This document shows, one piece after another, positions 58,218 to 64,000 of a DNA stretch of 64,000 bases. The translations under genes were made by a program, and so were the position numbers. The notes under the pieces were generated by a model. The model saw only the letters and a list, made by a program, of their open reading frames with translations, had not been told where the DNA came from and made no database searches. Where the stretch lies: NCBI GenBank assembly GCA_035999335.1, contig DASYGV010000077.1, forward strand, positions 7,064 through 71,063, given 5' to 3'. The stretch comes from Thermoanaerobaculia bacterium (GTDB lineage: Bacteria > Acidobacteriota > Thermoanaerobaculia > Gp7-AA8). The first letter of the stretch is position 1, and each line of letters begins with the position of its first letter.

Positions 58218-61200
58218 ATGCGCCGATGGCTCCCCAGCGTGTTGATCGCGGCGTCCGCGCTCCACGCACAGGAGCTCCCCTTCACCCACTTCACGACCGA
58301 CGACCTCCTTCCTTCCGCAAGCGTGCAGAAGGTCGTTCAGGACCATCAGGGATTCATCTGGCTCGCGTTCTACTCGACCGGCATCGCGCGGTACGACGGG
58401 AAGACGATGGAGAGCTACGGCGTGGCGGACGGCATCGCCGATCCGACCGTGCGCGAGATCGTCGAGGACCGCACGCATCGTCTGTGGGTCGGCTCCGAAG
58501 CGGGGCTCGTCGTTTCGGAGAAGCCGCTCGACGCGTACGCTCCGGGCGAGCGCGTGCGATTCGTTTCCAACGGACTGACCGCGTCGCGCATGCGACGCAA
58601 CTGCGTCATCGCGGCGCCGGATGGATGGGTGTGGGCGGGAACGCAGGACGGGATCGTGCGCTATCGCTTCAATGGCACGCGCCTCGAGAGCGAGACTATC
58701 GACCTCCGCGCGGTCGAGACTCCCGTGGCCGCGCAGTCGATGTTCGTGCGTCGCGACGGCTCGATGCTCGTGAGTCTCGCCGGCGGCACGATCGTCTCGA
58801 TCGATACGAACGGAAAGGTGAGCGGCGTGGTCGCTCACACCACACCCGCGACGGGCGCTCTCGCGGAGACACCGGACGGCACGCTGTGGGGTGGCACGGT
58901 GAACGGTTCGGTGTGGCGGCTGGATGGCGGCGGGCTGGAAGCCCGCGCCCCCGTGATTGTGAATCACGATCTCAGCGAACGCATCGTGGCGCTACACGTC
59001 ACGCCCGCGGGCGAGCTGTGGGCAGCGAGCCTCGGCAGCGGCGCAGTGCGCATCGACGTGCGCGATCCGTCGCATCCGTTCGTCGTCACGCGCGCGAACG
59101 GCCTGCTCGCGGAGACGCTCTGGACGCTCTTCGAAGACCGCGAGGGCAATCTCTGGTTCGGCCAGAACGGTGGCGTCTCGCGTCTGCGCAAAGGCTATCG
59201 GGCGTTTCATGCGTGGACCGCGCGCACGCGTCCCGCGCTGCCCGATCCCGGTACGTTCGCGGTGCTGCCGGTCGCGGACGGCATGTGGGTCGGCACGGGC
59301 AACGGTCTGGCGAAGATGACGGGCAGCGGGACGACGACGTACCGCACGAGCGACGGCCTGCGCTCGAATCAGGTCTACGCGATCGCGGACGACGGCACCG
59401 GCACGGTGTGGATCGGCACCTCGGCCGGCGTGAATTCGGTGTCGCCCGACGGCGTGGTGAAATCGCACGGGCTCGACACGACGTACGCGATCCGCACATG
59501 GGGGGCCGGCGCCTCGCCGGCCCCCCATGGCGCCACAATCTGCTTTGCTGGCAACTATGGCGTGAGCTGTTTCGCGGACGGCGAGTGGTCGCGCTTCGGG
59601 CGGGAGTCCGGTCTTTCGCCCGGCGGCGCGACGAGCATTGCGTTCGACGATCAGGGACAGCTCTGGGTCGGCAGTCCCGATCGCGGACTCTTTCGCTCGA
59701 CCGCGCCGCTCGCGCCGAAGGTCAAGTTCGCGCGCGTCTGGAGCAGGGCGAACGGCGCTCCGTCGGACAGCGTCCGCTCGCTGCTCTTTCACGACGGCAA
59801 GTTGTGGGTCGGTACTAGCGCGGGACTCTCGATCGTTGGCAAGACTGCGGTCGCAGTGTTCGAAGGACGTCCCGCTATCGGGATGGCGCCGTCGAACGAC
59901 GGCTCGCGCGTCTGGGTGAGCAACAACGCGGGCCTCGTCGAAGTCGACGCGCGCACGTTGCGTGTGATCGCACACGTCACGCGGGCCGACGGCCTGCTCG
60001 ACGACGAAGCGTGGGCCTACGGCCCGGTCGCCGCCGATGCACAGGGACACATCTACCTCTGCACGCCTCGCGGTCTCTCCGTCTTCAACCCCGTCGCGCG
60101 CGAGTTGAACACGATCGCGCCGATCGTGCGTCTGCGGCGCATCGACCGCGACGGGAACGACGTCGGATTCGAATACGCGGCGCTCACGTTCGGCGACGAG
60201 TCGCGCGTGCACTTCCGCACGCGGCTCGCGGGATTCGATCGCGACTGGTCGGACGAAACGCGCGACGCCAAGATCCGCTACACGAACCTGCCGGCGTTTC
60301 TGTTCACGCGGCGATACACCTTCGAAGTGAAGGCGCACAACGCGGACGAGGTGTGGTCCGAGCCGCTGTCGTATCAATTCACCATCGCGCCGCCGCCGTG
60401 GCTGCGCTGGTGGGCGGTGCTCGCGTATCTGGTCGTCATCGTCGCAGCGGCGTGGGCCGCCAACCGCTGGCGCATGCGCCAGCTCCAGCGGAAGAACCGC
60501 GCCCTCGAGGACCTCGTCTTCGCGCGCACGGACGAGATCCGCTCGCAGGCGCGCGAGCTGGAGACGCTCGACCGCATCGTCGAGGTCATCAACCGCGAAA
60601 TGAGTCTCGAGAACGTGCTGAAGAGCATCCTCGAACAGGGGATGCGGCTCTTCCCGAACGCGGAGAAGGGAGCGTTCCTGAAGTTCGATCACGAGACGCG
60701 GCGCACGGAAGTCGTGGGCGTCGCGGGCTACGATCCGGAGCTCTTCCGCGGGATCTCGTTCTCGTTCGAAGAAGCGATACAGCGCTACTCCGGCCGCGCC
60801 GAGCAGCTCGGCGAAGGCGTGTATCTCATCCGCTCCGCCGACTTCCGCCATCTCGCCGCGGCGGAGAAGATCAAGAACTTACTCCCGGAGCCGAAGGCGA
60901 TGCTGGCGATGGCGGTCACGCTCGGCGGACGGATGGAAGGCTTCCTGATCTTCGACAACTTCACGAACGAGGACGCGTTCGGGCCGACCGACCTGCAGAA
61001 GCTCGCGCGCGTTCGCGAGCACGCGGTGTCCGCGATCGCGAAGGCGCGCATCCTCCGCGAGCTGCAGACGAAGAATGAACAGGCCGAGGATGCGAACCGC
61101 GCGAAGTCGATCTTCCTGGCGAACATGAGCCACGAGCTGCGCACGCCGATGAACGCGATCATCGGTTTCTCGGAGATTCTCGCGGAGCGGCTGCAGGGGC

Positions 61201-62048
61201 GGGTCGAGCCGAAGTACGTCGGCTTTCTCCGCTCGATCCTGCAATCAGGCCAGCACCTCCTCGGCATCATCAACGACATCCTCGACCTCTCGAAGGTCGA
61301 GGCCGGGAAGATGGAGATCTACCCGGAGACGTTCCCGGTGCGCCCGGCGATCGAGAGCGTCTGCCAGGTGATGAAGGGCCTCTCGGCGAAGAAGAACATC
61401 GCCTTCGAAGTCGACGTCGCCTCGGACGTGCTCGACATCGAGACCGATCACGCGAAATTCAAGCAGATCCTCTACAACCTCCTGTCGAACGCGGTGAAGT
61501 TCTCGAAGCTGAACAGCGTCGTGACGATCCGCGCGCGCGTGAAGGGCGACGTGCTGGTCGTGACCGTGATCGATCGCGGCATCGGCATCGCGCCGCAGTA
61601 CCGCGATCTGATCTTCGACGAATTCCGCCAGATCGACACGGCCACGAGCCGCTCGCACGGCGGCACGGGGTTGGGGCTCTCGCTGGTGAAGAAGTTCGTC
61701 GAGCTGCAGCGGGGCATGGTGTCGGTGCAAAGCGTGTTTGGCGAAGGGAGCGAGTTTACGTTCACGCTGCCGCTGCGCTTCGGCGGACGCGTGCTGATCG
61801 TGGAGAGCGAAGACGAGACGTTCGACGCCTACTCCGCGGTTCTCCGCTCCGCCGGCTACGTGACGATCCGCGCGCGCTCGGGCGACGAGGCCGTCGAGCG
61901 CGCACGCATGATGAGCCCCCGCGCGATCATGCTGGATGACGCAATCGAAGCTGCGAGCCTCCGCGAGATGAACATCCCGGTGATCGTGTTCTCGCAGGTT
62001 GAGAATCGGGAGCTTTTGCTACGCCGACTGGCCGAAGCCACGCGCTAG
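58218..62048 (+). CDS. Sensor histidine kinase with periplasmic Reg_prop/Y_Y_Y beta-propeller repeats, TM, GAF, HisKA, HATPase_c and a degenerate C-terminal receiver-like tail
   Basis: Repeated LWVG(T/S)..GL modules; TM WWAVLAYLVVIVAAAWAA; MSHELRTPMNAIIGF; GGTGLGLSLVKKF; ATG at 58218. Confidence 0.85.
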   Translation: MRRWLPSVLIAASALHAQELPFTHFTTDDLLPSASVQKVVQDHQGFIWLAFYSTGIARYDGKTMESYGVADGIADPTVREIVEDRTHRLWVGSEAGLVVSEKPLDAYAPGERVRFVSNGLTASRMRRNCVIAAPDGWVWAGTQDGIVRYRFNGTRLESETIDLRAVETPVAAQSMFVRRDGSMLVSLAGGTIVSIDTNGKVSGVVAHTTPATGALAETPDGTLWGGTVNGSVWRLDGGGLEARAPVIVNHDLSERIVALHVTPAGELWAASLGSGAVRIDVRDPSHPFVVTRANGLLAETLWTLFEDREGNLWFGQNGGVSRLRKGYRAFHAWTARTRPALPDPGTFAVLPVADGMWVGTGNGLAKMTGSGTTTYRTSDGLRSNQVYAIADDGTGTVWIGTSAGVNSVSPDGVVKSHGLDTTYAIRTWGAGASPAPHGATICFAGNYGVSCFADGEWSRFGRESGLSPGGATSIAFDDQGQLWVGSPDRGLFRSTAPLAPKVKFARVWSRANGAPSDSVRSLLFHDGKLWVGTSAGLSIVGKTAVAVFEGRPAIGMAPSNDGSRVWVSNNAGLVEVDARTLRVIAHVTRADGLLDDEAWAYGPVAADAQGHIYLCTPRGLSVFNPVARELNTIAPIVRLRRIDRDGNDVGFEYAALTFGDESRVHFRTRLAGFDRDWSDETRDAKIRYTNLPAFLFTRRYTFEVKAHNADEVWSEPLSYQFTIAPPPWLRWWAVLAYLVVIVAAAWAANRWRMRQLQRKNRALEDLVFARTDEIRSQARELETLDRIVEVINREMSLENVLKSILEQGMRLFPNAEKGAFLKFDHETRRTEVVGVAGYDPELFRGISFSFEEAIQRYSGRAEQLGEGVYLIRSADFRHLAAAEKIKNLLPEPKAMLAMAVTLGGRMEGFLIFDNFTNEDAFGPTDLQKLARVREHAVSAIAKARILRELQTKNEQAEDANRAKSIFLANMSHELRTPMNAIIGFSEILAERLQGRVEPKYVGFLRSILQSGQHLLGIINDILDLSKVEAGKMEIYPETFPVRPAIESVCQVMKGLSAKKNIAFEVDVASDVLDIETDHAKFKQILYNLLSNAVKFSKLNSVVTIRARVKGDVLVVTVIDRGIGIAPQYRDLIFDEFRQIDTATSRSHGGTGLGLSLVKKFVELQRGMVSVQSVFGEGSEFTFTLPLRFGGRVLIVESEDETFDAYSAVLRSAGYVTIRARSGDEAVERARMMSPRAIMLDDAIEAASLREMNIPVIVFSQVENRELLLRRLAEATR

Positions 62049-62163
62049 GGGGGCGGGCTTCCAGCCCGCATGCGGCGGGCATCCTGCCCGGCGCCTATCG
62101 CCGCAAGAACGCCGCCGGGCTGGAAGCCGCGGCGGAGGCGGGCAGGATGCCCGCCCCCCCTAG
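62045..62163. repeat. Two family-2 REP-like units in inverted orientation (about 115-nt palindrome between convergent genes)
   Basis: CTAGGGGGGCGGGCTTCCAGCCCGC..GGGCATCCTGCCCGG ... CCGGGCTGGAAGCC..GGGCAGGATGCCCGCCCCCCCTAG. The kinase stop TAG is in the left end. Confidence 0.65.
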
Positions 62164-62169
62164 CGCGAC

Positions 62170-63132
62170 CTACCTCGCGGCTTCGATCCTTGCGCGATAC
62201 CGTTCCACGTCGGGCGTGATCTCGATGAACGGGAGTGCGCTCGCGAGCTCGCGCTTCGCGCGCTCGTGCTGGCCGGTCTCGTACAGCGCGACGGCGATGT
62301 AGTAGCGGTAGGCCTCTTCGCCGGACCGCAGCGTGCCGACGCGCGCGAATGCGTCGAGCGCTCCGGCGAAATCACGCGAGCGATACAGCCCTTCGGCGAC
62401 GCGGATCGACGTCGCGTGATCGAGGTCGGGCACCGCAAGCAGCTGGCGATAGGCGCGTCGAGCTTCGGCGAGTTTCGCCGCGAGCATGGCGCGGTCGCCC
62501 GCCGCGAGCAATGCGGGGACATCGACGCGCGGCGGCGCGGGCTGAGCCTGCACCGGTTTCGGTGCGGGAGGTGGAGGCGTCGTCTTCGCCTGCGCCACGA
62601 CTGGTTTGCTCGGCGCGGGCTTCTCGACGGGCTTCTCGACGACTTTCTTCGGCGTCGTGGTCTGTGAGCTCGTCTGCGGCGTCTGGGTCTGCGGTTGCGG
62701 TTGGCTCGCGGGTACGGCCGGTGTCGATGGAGTCAGCAGCAGCGCTGCGTCCGCCGAGGGCAGGACTTTTCTTGCCACCGCGGCGAACGCAGTGCGGATC
62801 GGCGCAGGCAACGCCAGCCCCGCGAACTTCCGCTCTACGCGCTCCGCGGCGAGGATGCGCACCATCGCTTCGCGTGCGGCATCCGGTTGCTGCATCCGGT
62901 CGAACGCGATCGCGAGGTAGACCTGCGCGGTCTGGTAGTGATCGACCGACTCGACAAGACCGAAGGCGGCCAGACGCAGCGGCATGACCGCCTTATCGTT
63001 GCGGCCGGCATCCACCTCGCTAATTCCGCGACGGAGCAGGCCGAGGTAGAAGTCGGTCGCCGTCGCGGCGAACAGTGGCGCTCCGCTGGAGACGGTGACG
63101 AGCAACAGCGTCCATTGAATGAGTTTGCGCAT
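62170..63132 (-). CDS. Exported TPR-like protein with Pro/Thr/Gln-rich linker
   Basis: Internal ATG at 63132 gives MRKLIQWTLLLVTVSSGAPLFA; helical-repeat N- and C-terminal parts. Confidence 0.6.
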   Translation of the reverse strand: MRKLIQWTLLLVTVSSGAPLFAATATDFYLGLLRRGISEVDAGRNDKAVMPLRLAAFGLVESVDHYQTAQVYLAIAFDRMQQPDAAREAMVRILAAERVERKFAGLALPAPIRTAFAAVARKVLPSADAALLLTPSTPAVPASQPQPQTQTPQTSSQTTTPKKVVEKPVEKPAPSKPVVAQAKTTPPPPAPKPVQAQPAPPRVDVPALLAAGDRAMLAAKLAEARRAYRQLLAVPDLDHATSIRVAEGLYRSRDFAGALDAFARVGTLRSGEEAYRYYIAVALYETGQHERAKRELASALPFIEITPDVERYRARIEAAR

Positions 63133-63254
63133 GTTTGAACGTCCCCGATAACAGCCGAGGCGCTGAAGCAATTCTGACCGTATCGGATTCTGCCATACCT
63201 CAGTAGGCCATGCGACGAAGCCGCTTGTAGGAAATGCGGTACGATCCGGCCCCC

Positions 63255-64000
63255 GTGAGTAAGAACGTCGTGATCGTCGGTGGGGGACTGGCAGGTCTCG
63301 CGGCGTCCATATACCTCGCCCGCGCGGGCCGCACGGTCACGGTCTTCGAGAAGCGCCGCTACCTCGGCGGCCGCGCGATCACGCAGCTCCGCCACGGCTA
63401 TCGCTTCAATCTCGGCGCGCACGCGTTCTATCGCACCGGTGCCGCCGCTGCGGTCTGCAAAGAGCTCGGCGTGCCGGTTCCTGGCGTCGCCCCGAAGCCG
63501 AAGGCGATCGCGCTGATCGGCGGCGAAGAGCGCGGGCTGCCGAGCCGCATTCTCTCGCTGCTCACGACGTCGCTGCTCTCGATCGGCGGCAAGATGCAGC
63601 TCGCCTCCGCGTTGTGGCGCATCCGGAGTCTCGATTTTGCGAGCGTGAGCTCGCAGACGCTGCGCGAGTGGCTCGACTCGAATATCTCCGACACGCGCGC
63701 GCGTCAAGTCCTCGAGTCGCTGATCCGGCTCGCGACGTACTCCGATCACGCCGAGACCGAAAGCGCCGCGCTTCCGCTCGCGCAGATGAAGCTCGCGTTG
63801 CGCGGCGTGCTCTATGTGCACGAAGGCTGGCAGCGCATCATCGACTCGATGCACAGCACGGCGATCTCCTCAGGCGTGAACTTCGTCACGAGCTCGCGCA
63901 TCGTCGGCGTGGATACCGAGGAAGGCCGCGTGCGCGCCGTGCGCCTCGGCGGGCTCGAGCTCGATGCCGATCGGACCGATACGATGTCTATCGCGTATCC
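63255..64000 (+). CDS. FAD-dependent oxidoreductase (phytoene-desaturase/amine-oxidase-like), 3' end outside the window
   Basis: GTG at 63255; VVIVGGGLAGLAASIYLARAGRTVTVFEKRRYLGGRA dinucleotide-binding motif. The frame stays open to the window end (not in the ORF track). Confidence 0.75.
   Translation, partial: MSKNVVIVGGGLAGLAASIYLARAGRTVTVFEKRRYLGGRAITQLRHGYRFNLGAHAFYRTGAAAAVCKELGVPVPGVAPKPKAIALIGGEERGLPSRILSLLTTSLLSIGGKMQLASALWRIRSLDFASVSSQTLREWLDSNISDTRARQVLESLIRLATYSDHAETESAALPLAQMKLALRGVLYVHEGWQRIIDSMHSTAISSGVNFVTSSRIVGVDTEEGRVRAVRLGGLELDADRTDTMSIAY

Noticed and set aside
58159-58294. Longest-ORF start (58294) for the SpoIIE phosphatase gene
   Set aside because: It would overlap the divergent kinase start (58218) by 77 nt. 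The extra residues (MKWVKGSSCAWSADAAINTLG..) look non-native. The GTG at 58158 is preferred, but the true start is unresolved.

Overview
High-GC bacterial chromosomal window, roughly two-thirds G+C by eye. The gene content and the abundant palindromic repeat families suggest a soil Acidobacteriota-like genome, but that is inference only. I can support about 50 protein-coding genes. They cover housekeeping and metabolic functions (ndk, a YitJ-like homocysteine methyltransferase/MTHFR fusion, an Lhr helicase, copper amine oxidase, Zn-ADH, M20, S66 and M14 peptidases, an Asp/Glu racemase), many exported or lipoproteins, and dense signalling (three large histidine kinases, a Hanks kinase, a PP2C phosphatase). 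I found no rRNA, canonical tRNA, CRISPR array, integrase or transposase. The main candidate for a new system sits near the window centre. It is a cytoplasmic histidine kinase of about 1600 aa with seven GAF-like modules and one PAS module (30771-35588). Thirteen nt downstream is a response regulator whose output domain looks like the TIR-like COG4271/Cap12/PycTIR effector family (35602-36444). This could be a phosphorelay-gated NADase-type module. Other notable points follow. A two-gene operon pairs a double 2TM SLATT/DUF4231-like protein with a zinc-ribbon membrane metalloprotease. A variable locus between two convergent genes has the 3' ends of both flanking genes duplicated back-to-back, so two alternative cargos sit side by side. 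One cargo is a 9.4-kb block with a PsiD-like PSD-family decarboxylase, a Kelch protein and two tandem M14 carboxypeptidases. The other is a ParE/antitoxin pair whose toxin carries an in-frame stop. There are three AT-richer islets with gene remnants: a PLD-helicase N-terminus, a frameshifted gene and a cytochrome-c-like pseudogene. At least four palindromic repeat families overlap and even supply the ends of coding regions. A possible SAM-II-like leader plus attenuator lies upstream of the YitJ-like gene. A 58-nt tRNA-like element lacks an anticodon arm. All domain calls come from motif recognition by eye or from memory and need HMM or structure confirmation.
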